The notes beneath the pieces were generated by a model, which did no database searches, was not told the DNA's origin, and saw only the letters and a list, made by a program, of their open reading frames with translations. A DNA stretch of 64,000 bases, taken from Anthoceros angustus (Eukaryota > Plantae > Anthocerotophyta). The position numbers were made by a program, and so were the translations under genes. The DNA lies in assembly GCA_010909165.1 (NCBI GenBank), contig VJWM01000296.1, forward strand, positions 1-64,000, written 5' to 3'. Of the stretch, positions 1-12,200 are shown piece by piece (position 1 is the stretch's first letter; each line of letters starts with the position of its first letter).

Positions 1-1578
1 TACTATATTTTGTTTATCGACTACAGCGGGGAAAGCGTGTACTTCTGCGGAAGAAGTGGCTCTCCAAGCATTTCGGATGTTCGAGGCATGCGGAGAAACA
101 AACGGAAGAAGTTGAAGAAACTTGATGATGGGGAGGAGAGTATTTGAGTAAACTCTTCAAGGATGAATGCACACGGCCGGTGAGAGAGGCACTTGATGAC
201 AAGGTACATAGCAGGCGAGGATATCGGCGGAAGAATCGTACCATCTGCAATGGCGCTAGGAGTATGCTAGCGGAAAGCGGGATGCCAAAATATTTTTGAT
301 GGCGTTGCAGCGGCCTGTCTGAGAATATGTCAATTACCATGGCGCTAGGTGGCTCTATGACACCCCATGAAGCTTGGTTTGGTGAGAAACCAAATGTCTC
401 ACACTTGAGAGTGTTTGGTCAGTAGCATATGTGCATGTTCCTCGCAAGCTGTGGAAGAAGTTGGACGAAGCATCAAATGCGACTTCATTGGTTATGCGAA
501 TGAGCGAAAGGCTTCTGATTGTGGGATCCGTCGACAGCCAATGCATGAAAGTTACGATGTCGTGTTCGAGAACAACATTGGAAGTCATCACGGAGGGGTC
601 ATTTACCACGGACCTCGACTACGAGTTTATCCAGACACCTTCCTTGTCCATCCTGTGAGCGAGAGGATCACCACACCGGAGGGTGATGGTGAGGACATCC
701 AGCGGTGAGGTCGTACCACCTATTGTTCCGCAGAATTCTCGGAGGAAACTCATAAGGAGCATGACAAGTTGAGGAGTTAGTTCCGGCATTGGAGGATGCG
801 GAGGATGAACCAGCGGCTATTAGGACGGTCGACAAGGGTCGGCGGCCTTGTGGAAGGTCCTTGAGAATGCCCAGCTCAACATGGTGAGCGGACCAGAATG
901 GTGTTTTCTTCTTGAAGATGATATCCCGCTCACAACTGAGGAAGCACGAAACGGACCTGAAGGTGAGTTCTGGAATGAAGCTATTCGTACTGAGTATAAT
1001 TCGATGCTCGAAAACTAAGTTTGGATGTTGGTTGATTTGCCACCCTGGAGAAAAGCCGTCGACTGCAAGTGGACTTTCAAGAAGAAGTACAATGCTGACG
1101 GATCTCTGGAAAGGCATAAGGCGAGACTAGTGGCTCGCGGTTTCACTCAGGTGAAAGGGCTGGACTACGACGAGACCTTCTCCTCGGTAGTTCGCATGAA
1201 CAGCTTGCGAACCTTATTTGCCGTGGCGGCAAAGCAGGACTGGGACTTACATCATTTGGACGTTACGACTGCATTCCTTTACGGCGAGTTAGTCGAAGAA
1301 ATCTATATGCGGCAACCTCCAAGTTTCAAGGTTCCCGGCATGGAGGATAAGGTGTGCAAACTTCTTCGGTCCATTTATGGTTTGAAGCAATCTGCCTTAC
1401 GGTGGTTTATGAGATGCGACAGACTTGATGCGAGAGACCGATGCGAGAGACAACTTTTTTTCTGGGTATGCATATCCACAGGGATAGACAGAAGCGGACG
1501 AGGCGCTCAACGGCGCAAAGTTTGCACATTTTCGTTCAGATCTTGGCGTCAGTAAGTAGCTTTAGCTTGAAGGGGGAG
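1..1578 (+). mobile_element. Degenerate Ty1/copia LTR retrotransposon, internal 3' region (integrase C-terminus, partial RT, RNase H tail, polypurine tract)
   Basis: Integrase-tail fragments (VAYVHVPRK..IKCDFIGY) near 420-500. RT motifs WTFKKKYNADGSLERHKARLVARGFTQVKGLDYDETFS, LHHLDVTTAFLYG and YGLKQS in ORF 1025-1555. RNase H tail ALNGAKFAHFRSDLGVSK* near 1503-1559. PPT GAAGGGGGAG at 1569-1578. Frameshifts throughout. Confidence 0.92.
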
Positions 1579-1770
1579 TGTTAGAGATTCAATCCTCTGC
1601 TACTTACTCCAGTATATTAGGATATACTAGGATATTGCACTCTCGAGACTAGGGCTTACCTCGTCGATAGTTGCCCCGCCTAAGGGCTATATATGTAGCA
1701 CCATGTGCACCATATTGACTGGTACCGTGGAGCCTATCTAAGCCAGTGGTGCTATTGTGTGTGCCATCCA
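1579..1770 (+). repeat. 3' LTR of the copia element (right end uncertain)
   Basis: Starts TG (TGTTAG) immediately after the PPT, with a TATA-like CTATATAT near 1688. The end coordinate is a guess because no 5' LTR is in the window. Confidence 0.6.
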
Positions 1771-1789
1771 TTGCCTCTGCTTGTGTCTG

Positions 1790-2263
1790 CTAACTGTCGT
1801 CTGCGTTGGCCAAGGCGGCCAACACCAACAACAAGAACAAGGCTACAGTGACGCCTGACACCGTGCTCCAGTTCCCAGGCCTCAACACAGTGGGCATTTC
1901 CACTGCGCGCATCGACTCCGCTGTGGGAGGCCAGAACGTGCACCCCCGCGCCACCGAGCTCCTCTTCTTGGTGTCAAGTACCTTGGAGGTGGGATTCGTA
2001 TCGTCCAACATTAACGGCAACGTCCTCTGCACTCAGATGCTGAATGCGGGCGATTTGTTCGTCTTTCCTCGCGGCCTCCTGCACTTCCAGAAGACTCGGG
2101 GAAACGGTTTGGCCCTGGCCATCGCCGCACTCAACATGTAACCCGGAGTGCGGCAGGCGGTCACACCTGTTCGCCACCCCACGGTATCTCGGCGTTCTTG
2201 AGCGTTTGCATCGATGCTAAGACAGTGCAGGCGCTCCAGGCTGCCCAGAAAGTGAAAACGTAG
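1790..2263 (+). pseudogene. Germin-like (cupin) pseudogene, 5'-truncated
   Basis: FPGLNTVGISTARID..GGQNVHPRATE and GDLFVFPRGLLHFQ match germin boxes 1 and 2. Box 1 lacks the first His (usual PHTHPRATE). Stop at 2139-2141, then a shifted tail IDAKTVQALQAAQKVKT*. No signal peptide or QDFCVA motif. Confidence 0.8.
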
Positions 2264-2830
2264 CTACTAGAAGCTTGGCTTGCCGTCGCCGAATACCTGT
2301 AATCATGTCTTCATGACCTGACTTTGTACGGTCTTATTATTATTAATAGACGCGTTCGTTTGGCTCCATTTGTGACTCGTGAGAATGCAATAAAAAACAC
2401 AGTTTAGTCTATGTATGTATCCTATTCATCCATTGATGTCGATGTGCATCGGACCTGCTGCATCCCATTTGCCTCTTCCAAGTCGACTGTAAGAGACTTC
2501 TTCTTCTTCTCTTCCTTCATATGTACATATGTATGTACCATGCTGATGTCTCATGATGGGACATGGATGGTGTTAATGCCCTGGGATGCCTTAAGAATTT
2601 GTCTTGTGCTGAACTAGTGCTTCTTGGAATCGAGCTTATGGTAGTCTATCTTCAAGACGCGGAAGAACGTTCCTTTCGTTTTCGTCCTCTTTGTACCCGG
2701 CCCCACCCTCTGAAAGATACTGAATGTGTTTCCCTGTCTGTCTGTGAGCAGTTGGTGTGCCATAGTGTTTAACCCTAGGACCGGTGCAATTGGACAGCCA
2801 TGATGGCAGCAGCAGCGGCTCTCCTCCTCT

Positions 2831-3041
2831 TCTTGATTGTCAACTTCAACTGAAAGCTTCACATTCCTCGCCTCCCAGCCCTCTACACATCAGGTTTGCA
2901 TAACACCTCGTGGCTGCAATCTTCACACCTTAGGCTCTTGATTGTCAACTTCAACTGAAAGCTCCACATTCCTCACCTTCCAGCCCTCTACACGTCGGGT
3001 TTGCAGAACCCCTCGTGCCAGCGATCTTCACACCCTAGGCT
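2831..3041. repeat. Tandem duplication, 2 x ~105 bp
   Basis: TCTTGATTGTCAACTTCAACTGAAAGCT...CTAGGCT starts at 2831 and again at 2936, with scattered substitutions. Confidence 0.9.
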
Positions 3042-4111
3042 GATTCATCATGTGAGCCTCGCCTTCGATGATGATGGCTTGCGTGCGGAATTGGTTCCCC
3101 GGCACCAGAACCAGGCCGTCCTGGATGACAAGTGTCTGCAGCAGAGGCTTCAAAAGCAAAATTGAGATGACGCATCATCTCAACATGGAGACTCAAAATG
3201 ATGTCATAAGACATTCTCCTGGAACATCACCCTAGCAGTGAACTAGGGAAGGCAGATGATGTAGCAGCTGAGGATCTGTCCTCGTAAAATCCTGCAGACA
3301 GCTTATTTTAGTCTACAGGAAAGGGTGGCATCAGCTGAGTTTGCAAAACTGCCGAACGTGTTGGAGGCTCAACACATGAGGCTAGCATTTTAGCACAAGC
3401 AAACTCGGCAAAGGAGTCCCAGGAATCAGGATGCCGGCAGTAGTAAAGTGAAGGACAAGCACAGTTTAACCTGATGTCTTACCACGGACAAGGCCCCTCC
3501 TGCTGACAATTGCAATCGCTTTACCCTATAACTACACCTGACTGCAATGGCCCAGAGGTGACGACACATACTCCGGGTTTCGCGCGTTGAAACAAAAGTG
3601 TAACGCCTCCTGGACAAATAGTACTCCGGCTTCCTTGCAGGTTTCAAACCAAAAATTCAACATGAGCCACCACTGGCGTGTGCTCCACTGCCGACCTCCA
3701 CAACACTTGCAACAAACACGCAGACTGTGAGCAGCAAGACACAAACTGTGCAGGAATGGCTTGGGATGTTTTGATTGTTTGAATTACTGGCCCACATGAA
3801 CGGAGCCAAATTGTACATGGGAGCCTGGAAAGCCAGGATTCCCCTCCTACAATACATATATACAGACAAACCATGGCTGCAGTGACGCCGTAGCATCTAC
3901 AAATAATGTTGTTCCCCAATACGGGTGTTCAAAAAGGAACCCATACAAGTCGGGACTGGGCCATCCCTCCGCAGGCTTCGTTGCACCCGCCACCGGTGTG
4001 CTCCAGGGCTCTCGCCATCGGGGGAGCCACCTCAATGAAAATGTACAGGTGAAGCACACCGGGCGCGCGCAGCTGGGCACACCACCACAGCCGGGCGGAA
4101 TTGCCACGTCC

Positions 4112-4768
4112 TCACCAGCACTGATCGGTCTCCCAGCTCTTCCCCTTCCATTGCGTAGAAGCCCCGGCCGCAGACGGGTAGGAGACGGAAGCATAGGACG
4201 TGAACCCCTGGCTGTCCCCCCCGGTCTGGGCCGCGCAGCTGTGGCCTGCATAGCCGTAGCCGTAGCAGTAGGGAGCAGCATAGGACTGCGCTGTGCCAGC
4301 GTAGCCCGCGAACGCAGTCCCCGACTGCTCCGCGGCCACGCCCGCAACGCCGTGCCTGCCGGTGTACCCCGAGGCCTGAAACCTCCGCAGCGAGAGCTGC
4401 AAATCGAAGGCCGCCCTGGCCTGCGGATCCGACAGCACCGCGTACGCCTGGTGCACCTCCAGGAAGCGCGAGGTGCAATCCTCCTTGTCCTGCACCGGCA
4501 CCACGTCCGGGTGGAACCTCCGCACCAGCTGCCTGTACGCCGCCTTCACCTCCTTGGCTGTGGCGTTGCGCTGCACCCCGAGCACCTGGTACCAATCCTC
4601 CGCCTTCCCCAGGCCATGGCCCTGCCTCTCCTCCGAGCACGGTTGCGCGGCGGCCTGGCACCACACTCGCCGCGGGGACGCGCGCACTGCGGCCGCGCCC
4701 GGCGCTGCCAGCCGCGAGCACGGGCTCCCCAAGGCCTGCTCAATTCTCGTTCTCCCCAGCAACGCCAT
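4112..4768 (-). CDS. DnaJ (J-domain) co-chaperone, plastid DJC/dnaJ11-20 type, single exon, 218 aa
   Basis: WYQVLGV..ATAKEVKAAYRQLVRRFHPD..FLEVHQAYAVLSDPQARAAFD J-domain with HPD, and the family C-terminus WETDQCW. ATG at 4768 is followed by a transit-peptide-like segment. Confidence 0.9.
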   Translation of the reverse strand: MALLGRTRIEQALGSPCSRLAAPGAAAVRASPRRVWCQAAAQPCSEERQGHGLGKAEDWYQVLGVQRNATAKEVKAAYRQLVRRFHPDVVPVQDKEDCTSRFLEVHQAYAVLSDPQARAAFDLQLSLRRFQASGYTGRHGVAGVAAEQSGTAFAGYAGTAQSYAAPYCYGYGYAGHSCAAQTGGDSQGFTSYASVSYPSAAGASTQWKGKSWETDQCW

Positions 4769-5496
4769 ACTCTTGTTGCGTTGTTGCGTTTCGATGTCCG
4801 TCACCAAGCTCCTTTCCCCTTTCAATGGCAGTCGTCTCAACAGTCGCGTCTCAGGAGTCGGAGTCGCAGTGGGAGTGTTGAAGGTGCGCGGCGGGACGAG
4901 TAAAAAGGACTCGGGGGGGCGCTGTCGGCGGAGCCCGCTGGCCACTCCCAGGCTGGCCCCATCGTGGGTCTGGCCCGGATAAAATCGAAGCTGGCCCGGC
5001 ACAGGATAAGATTAACCCAGGCGCTGAGTCGGCTGCTGTGTCCGCTTGCTCCCTGCTGACGCACGGCATCACCTCTCTGACGTCTTCTTCTCCTTATCCC
5101 ATCCCCACTACCGTCACTTTCCACCTGCCCTTCGGTTTCTGCAACGCGGCAACTGGCTGCAAGCTCGGCAACGCGACCCGGACACATGTGCTGCCCGCAC
5201 AACGGTCGCGCCGGACAGTATCCGCCGAGTCCGGGAAAGATGGCACGCAAACACAAGCACCCGGCTCGGCTGCCACAACCCTATTCTGTTATTACTCATA
5301 GGAGCCGAGACCCTATTCGGCTCCTATGAGTCTGCATACTGCATGCAGGCATCCTGACACACGCCAGGCAAAGGACAGCCACCGAGCTCGATCGTGGAAG
5401 TTTGAAACCAATCCCACTTTGCCTTCTACCAATTTTCTTATACACAAGGAAGCAAGGTACAGGATGGATGCTACACACTCTCCCACCGCCAGGCAT

Positions 5497-7386
5497 CTAT
5501 CCTGGCGGTGGCGACTTGCTCCTTGCCATCCCGAACTGCACCACTCTCCGCACAGCCATGAGGGAGGACACTGTCAGGATAAGGATAAGGCCACCGAGCT
5601 TGCCGGGCATCGTGTCAGGCTTTCGTGTCAGGCAAGGGGCCGCACACGCGCCGGAGACGGACGCAAATAGGGTTCCGGTGCTGCTGCAGCTGCAGCACTG
5701 GCTGGGGCCACCCACCTGTTGCTTCTGCGCCTGCGAACAGTAGACGATGTCACCGGAAGCAGGGTTGGTGTGGGCCACGGTTGCAGATGCGGCAGTGGCC
5801 TCTCCTCCCGCTGGACCTTCTTCGTGCTTGGCGATGTAGAGGAGAGGCACGAGCCCCAGGAGGCACCCAAGCGTCACTCCGATTGTGGAACCAACAGTGT
5901 CTGCCCACCAGGCTTCTTTGGATTGCATCTGCACGGACGAGATTTTGATCTCTGGCATGAAGTGATTTGATACCATCTCGATGTAGCCTCGGAAAGCTGT
6001 TCCCACCAGATCTGCAATGGCGTTGCCCAGTCCTGCTGACTGCGCAGTGTGCAGGCACATGAGATCTCCAGATTTTGCAGCAATGCCGATCAAGCTGCCA
6101 AGGAGCCGTGTATGGGAGGGAGCTTTCACTCACCATTAGGGTGGAGAGGCCCAGCCCTACTCCGATGCTGTTCTGTATCGCATCCCCAGCGATTATCATG
6201 ATGGCATTATCTGTTCGTTGGATCCACACTTGGAATCAGCAAATTGTTGGGCAATGCAAGGTCATGCATTTGAGGCCAAGGGGGAGCAGGGAAGTAGATA
6301 CCTGTGAAGCCGAAGCCAATCATTCCTGAGCCACTCCCACACACGGCACCACAATTAGAAGTCTCTTGGACAGTTTGCAGCTGCAGAAAGCTAAAAGAAC
6401 GCAACTGTAGGAGAAGTTGGGTTTGATGATGCTGGAACACAAAGCATGAAATTCAATCTCAGGGCTGTTCACAGGCAGGAATGAGGAATTGCAACCGCCT
6501 GATCGGATGCACACGAGGCAATGAGAATTGTACTACGGGATGGAAGTGGAAACCATGCAAACCCGGCAACCATTTTTGCACTAGCCTGTCATTGGCATTC
6601 CTCCCTTGAAGTTTCTCCTGCCTACCAGCACCCCATGTTATGCATACCATAAGCAGTGGACTCACCAACGCCAGCTCGCACCCCAAGCTGGAGAAGCTGC
6701 TCTGTAGTCAGTGGCTTCTTGGACGTGCCATACTTGACTGCCTGCGCCTCAACAAAATTTGCAAACTCAATTCGATCAACCACACCATCAGAATTGGTAT
6801 CAGCCTCTTTAAAGTGCTCATCTGATTCTGCATCCGGGGCTGCACACAATTACCAAACACACACTAATGAGTTCTGGCGTTGCATAACCAGGCAGAGCTT
6901 AATTGTCACCCTCACTACCTGGCTTATCTCGTCAGGAGCATGCACGCCAACCTTTCACTATTGTAACACGTGCAACATAAAAACATGAAGTTGCACAACA
7001 TCGGTGCAGATTGACCTACCACTTGCAAACAGGGCTGACAGCAATACCGCACGCCCCTGTTTATCAATGTTCGTCACAAGGACCCGTGCTACTTGTGCTG
7101 CTGCCTCAGGATCTCCCGCAAGCAACTCTCCCACTCCCACTACTACCTCCGCATTGCTCAGTGTCAAAGCACCCGAGTTATCCTCACCAGCAGCACAAGC
7201 CACATGCACCCGGCCACTCCTGTAAGGTACAAGCCGAGCGCCTGAACACAACCTGCCGTTCAATCTGACAATGCCGTCACTGGAAGCAGAAAGAACTCCT
7301 GGCTTGCTCCACCAACCATTGCCTCCTGCCTGCAGCTTGCCTCTTCCGAGCCAGGAATGACACCGTAAGCACACTGTTCCCGACAT
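5497..7386 (-). CDS. TMEM65: TMEM65-family membrane protein with an N-terminal EF-hand (multi-exon; start codon uncertain)
   Basis: Spliced GMIGFGFT|DNAIMIIAGDAIQNSIGVGLGLSTLM|SAGLGNAIADLVG...TIGVTLGCLLGLVPLLY aligns with the TMEM65 signature as I recall it (VGFGFLDNAIMIVAG..STMAAAALGNLVSD..GVTIGCILG). The upstream exon (~6672-6839) has the canonical EF loop DTNSDGVVDRIE. Confidence 0.82.
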
Positions 7387-8188
7387 CCTGGCCGAACGAT
7401 TAGATGTCGTCCAACACCACAGAATCCCCGCTTGGGACGGTCAGTACTCATGCGGTGCCTGGGGCACCATCGGTTCAGGACCCTTCCTTCCTCAGCCCTG
7501 CCTCTGCGTCTCTGATGATTCCACCTGGGCTACCGGGGTTCGCCACATATTCTGCAAGCTGATGGAAAATGCAGTCCGCCTTTCGCATCAAAGCCGCCCC
7601 GAATGCCTGGCCAGCATGTCCATCGGCTTGGGCACGTGCTCTTCAGAACGGTCGCCGCAAGCATAACGAAGGCATCCATGGCACCAATGGGAAGAATCCC
7701 TTGAGCTCGAATGGATTATTTTATTCCAGGAAAATCATCCAAACGCAAATAAATCCCAGAACTTGTGTTCGAAGCTCGACTCTCCCCGGCGGAGACAATG
7801 CCGGAGAGGTTACGGGAGAGGTGACGGGGGCGCTGAACGGATCCTGTGGCGGAGCAACACCGGTCCGGAGTGTGCGACGGGGAAGAGACCAGGGCAGGGA
7901 TAAGAGCTTGTGCCGGAGGAGTCAAAGGGCGGCTAGGGGCTCGGGAAGCCATCACCGGAGCCAGCGCCTGCGCCGGAAAAGTCACAGGGACGGGCCATGG
8001 AGACTGTACTACACACACCAAACGACCAAAGACTTGAAAGCGCGTCCTATTTCGGACACAACAAAAATGGCTTTGCTTCATAGTGACCATGATTGATAAA
8101 AGTCCGACTAGAAGAAGAAGAAGAAGAAGAATTTTATTGAAGTCCACTAAGGATGATTTCCGTCATGGGACTTGGTACTTAACAACTT

Positions 8189-8433
8189 GTACCATGCTAT
8201 GCCTAAGCTACTTGCACCAAGGGCATCCATTTTCTTTAGGCACCCCATCCAAGCGCAGAATACTTAATAAGCATGTTCTTATAAATGTGTGTCCATTTGG
8301 CCTAAAGCCATTTGGACACACAAAAGGCTTTGCCTCTATCCCCTCTCCTCTCATGGGTAAGTAAGTAACTTAGATGGGGTGCCTAGAGCGAGTGGATGCC
8401 CTTGGTGCAAGTAGCTCAGGCACACCATGGTAC
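8189..8433. repeat. Foldback element: ~65 bp inverted arms with an internal hairpin (MITE-like)
   Basis: 8189-8253 is the reverse complement of 8369-8433, with an uninterrupted shared core GCTACTTGCACCAAGGGCATCCA. A 9-bp stem GTGTGTCCA/TGGACACAC lies at 8287-8321. Confidence 0.85.
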
Positions 8434-9294
8434 TATGATAGGAAACCATGAATGTTTTTGTATGCCGCTGACACATGAACTCTTTACTTTGTCTCTCTGC
8501 GGGCTCGTGTGACTTGCATTAAGTGTGCGTGGGCTGCTCGTACCACTTAGTGCAATGGAGCTCTTCTTTTTTTCTCTAGGGGCCTGCTTTGGCATCCTTC
8601 TAGTCTGGTTCCTCAGCTTTAGCTAATGTTCTTCGCACATTTGTATTTGTTTTTTTCCTCATAAAGCCTTTAATTCTCTAAAAAACATAAATGGCTTTGC
8701 TCTACACAACATTCTTGGACCTGCGAGAGGTTTATCCAAGAAAGGTATGTTTGGCATTTGTATTGGAACCATATGAAGATATTGGGCCTGTCACGATTGA
8801 ATGAATAACTATTTGGTGCCAGTTCTAATGTTATCTACATATTTATCTCCTCATCCATATGTGGAATAGATCCCGGAAAATTCTCCAAAAAAATAAAATA
8901 TGGAGTAGAAATAAAGGTGATAGGTGATGGGGGACTTGAGAAGAGCAGAATGGCACACACATATATTAAACCAAAAAATATGTCTAGGTTACTCAGCTAT
9001 AGAGACAAAGGCAGGTAGAACTTCAACTCGTCACTCAAGAATTGGAGTAGTCACTGACTTTTCACTATTAATCTATTGCACTATCGAGCCTAAGACCAAT
9101 GTGCATGAAATGCTTGCTTGCATGACATAAGGCATTGCTTTCGAAAGAATGGATGCCCAAGCTTGCCACAATTCAAATTTGAACAATATGGTGTGCAACC
9201 ACTCTCAATTTCATGAGAAGCATTGTTTTGAATGATGTTTTATTTTTACATCACTAAAATAAAACTATTGAATATATTTTTAACATGAAAAATA

Positions 9295-12200
9295 TTATTC
9301 AAAACAATATTTACAATCGAGTTCATTACATCCTAACAACTCCCTCTCCTCTTCTAGTAAGTCATCTCTTTTAGTCTCCAGTTGGAATATAGACCAACAT
9401 AGAGCTTCATCTTGATTTGATTGTCGTCTCAAAACTTTAATCCTCTCATCAATTACAAGTAATGCTGCAGCATAACCTATCCTAATTTGTTCCTCATACT
9501 GGTCTATACCCTTACCAATTAGTTTCTTTACCTCCTCTATTTCAACTGATTTGGGGATCGATGCATCAATCATATCAAACAAAAATTTTCCAGTTTCTTT
9601 TGCAGGGTCTTCTTGAACTACCTCATCTTGCACCTCGAGTTTAGGCTCAAGTTCCTCAAGCTGAACTGCAACATCAAACTCCAACTTACCTTGAGATTTT
9701 TTATCTACATTTTTGCTCGGCTTGTCTTTTGAGATGTCCACCTTTGACTTAGGGTTTTTCTTATTGTCGTTAATTGTGCCTACTACTTCATCCTTGGATG
9801 ATGGTTTTACTTTAGATTTTGTATCATCAAGCTTTGATAATTTGCTAAGAGGTTTGGATTCTATTTCCTTAACTTCACTTTTTGTTTTCGAACCAAGCTT
9901 TTTATCATCTTTTGAAGAAGAGTTTTTACTCGTCTTCTTTTTTGACTTTTTGTCGTCTACAATGTCCGCTAGTTCTTCATGTTCTTGTGTTGGTTTCTCT
10001 TCAACTGCTTCTGATAAATATTGAAAACGCAACTCGCATTCTTCAAGGGTTTTTCGTGGGTCATCCATCACAGATTGAAAAACTTCTGAAAAAGCCCCCA
10101 TAACATCATAAACAACTTTGTACATAGCTACATATAATAAAGCAAATCTACTAGGTGGTACCGCTGCAGCATCTAGAAGAGTTGCTATGATATTCCTGAA
10201 CTCATTTCTTTTATTATAATTTTGAATGGCAGCTATTCCTTGTAAGATAGTAAGACTGGAGCCATCCCACACAGTCGTATACACAAGATTGGGTATCTTT
10301 GCAAAAGAATCTATAACTGAAGGATATTTTGGATCCATGCTTTCTGTTCTATTGAGAATAAGGTCTGGTACTCCAAAACCACATGGGGGTGCCAACAAAG
10401 GGGGAAACCAAAAGTTTTGCCAAAATGGATTCTTTTCCGTACCAGGAGGAATAGTAAAAGGTATAGGGTTAGGAGGTGGGGGAGGGGGAAATATATGAGG
10501 TCTATGTGGTGGTATATTTTGAGGTATTGTGGGATCTTTAGGTATAGGAATAAATCGGGGCTTTTCAACTTGGATTGCGTAGTAAGGAGAAACTTCATCT
10601 ATCCATGCACGGTCTGGGAATAATATGGCATTAGGTGAAGGGTATAAAGAAGTGTTGATAGCAAATCCTCTATTACGCAAGGACACCGGTCCTGGTGCTA
10701 TAGCAGCTGCTGGCCGAAGACTAGCAACACCATATCCACAAGGTGGCACAAGATTGGCCGTAAACCAAAGTGTCATTGTTTCTTCTGATTTAACCACAAA
10801 AGGTATTTCTGTAGATGGCTTAGGACGAGGCTTCTTTAAGGGTGTAAGAGGCCGTACTGGGCCTCCATCGACGGGAATCACTGCAGGAGTTTGAATAGGA
10901 TTTGTTTTTGGATATGGATTATATGGAACTGCATTTGGCAAAGATTGAAGAGGAAAAGATTCATCCAAAAGAGATTCATGGACATGTATCTCAATAGATG
11001 GTCCTTTATATGCTTGTGGTTTAATATAGGGTCCAGGAGAGAGAAATATAGTGTCCAATATTTTTGTACATAACCCTTCTTCAAAAAGTTCTAATCGCAC
11101 CATTTTATAAAGATCTAGCAACTCCTTGTATAATGCTTCCGAAAAATATAAAGGTAATTTGAAAAATTGATTTTTTCTTATAAAGTTCTTAGATTCCATG
11201 CGATTTAACACAAACTCGCCCACTGTCGGAATTGGCTTCGCCATAGCAACTGATGTTAACCATAAATATTCATTCACCTCCTCTACTCCACGGTGCATTT
11301 CTCTTTGCTCTAGCAATGCCACAAGTTTCTCACGAGGTATCCTAGTAGAGAGGTCAACCAAGATAAAGATCAGAACATGTCTAACTCATAGTAAATAAAC
11401 ATGTTTTAGAAGTGAGGAATATCGTTCACCTAGTCGGGTCTTCATCTGAAAATGCAAGTCCTTTGACAACAAGAGGTTGTATGGGCTCTAATAATTTAGG
11501 ATCAAATATAACATCCCATTTCTCTAAGAAAATGCCTGCAACTTTGGATTTAAAACTAAATAGAAATTCTTTGCTCTCGCCAGGGACTAGGCTTCCGCTA
11601 CCGCACATTACATGGAATACTCTGTTTGGGTCAGGTTGGGGATCTACATCATCAATCTGAATAAGAAAACTTGACAGTTTTGGGAAATTGTAAGTATATT
11701 AATGGAGAAAATTCTCTCCAATGAACTCATTCTAAAGCTTCAGAGACTAGAACATAGAAAAAATCACAAAGGTACCTTTTATAATATATGGTCTAATAGG
11801 TACATGTTCCCAAGTAAAATAGAGCACTGTAGTGCCTATATTTCTTAATTTTATTTTTGAAGTTGCAACCACATCTTATAAAAAATAGAAAGCAAGAATT
11901 AAAAACCACATAGTATTTTACCAAACATGAGAGAAGAGATTATGATACCTCTAGTTGGTTTCTTACCTACATGCCCAGGCAAAAGTACCCACATGCAATC
12001 TATTTTTGCAGCTGGTCCTCTAAATGGAGATATGTCCTCCTCTTCCTAATTGATATGGGTAATGAGTTATTATATATGTTAAAAGTATTTAGGCTATACT
12101 TGAAATTTTATAACTAACTGAATATTCCATCCAGCCATCCATCTCCATATCAATATTCACCTTCTTTGGAGGAGGTTGTGAAACTTTTTCGGGAGGAGAT

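Noticed and set aside
3050-3900. Coding-like fragments on both strands between the germin pseudogene and DnaJ
   Set aside because: Many stops and no family motif I can name.
3998-4903. 301-aa ORF antisense to DnaJ, and similar long antisense ORFs over 6PGDH (42145-43314), UBQ (23277-24080) and the kinase (61747-62379)
   Set aside because: These are shadow ORFs from GC-rich codon bias on the coding strand and have no recognisable motifs.
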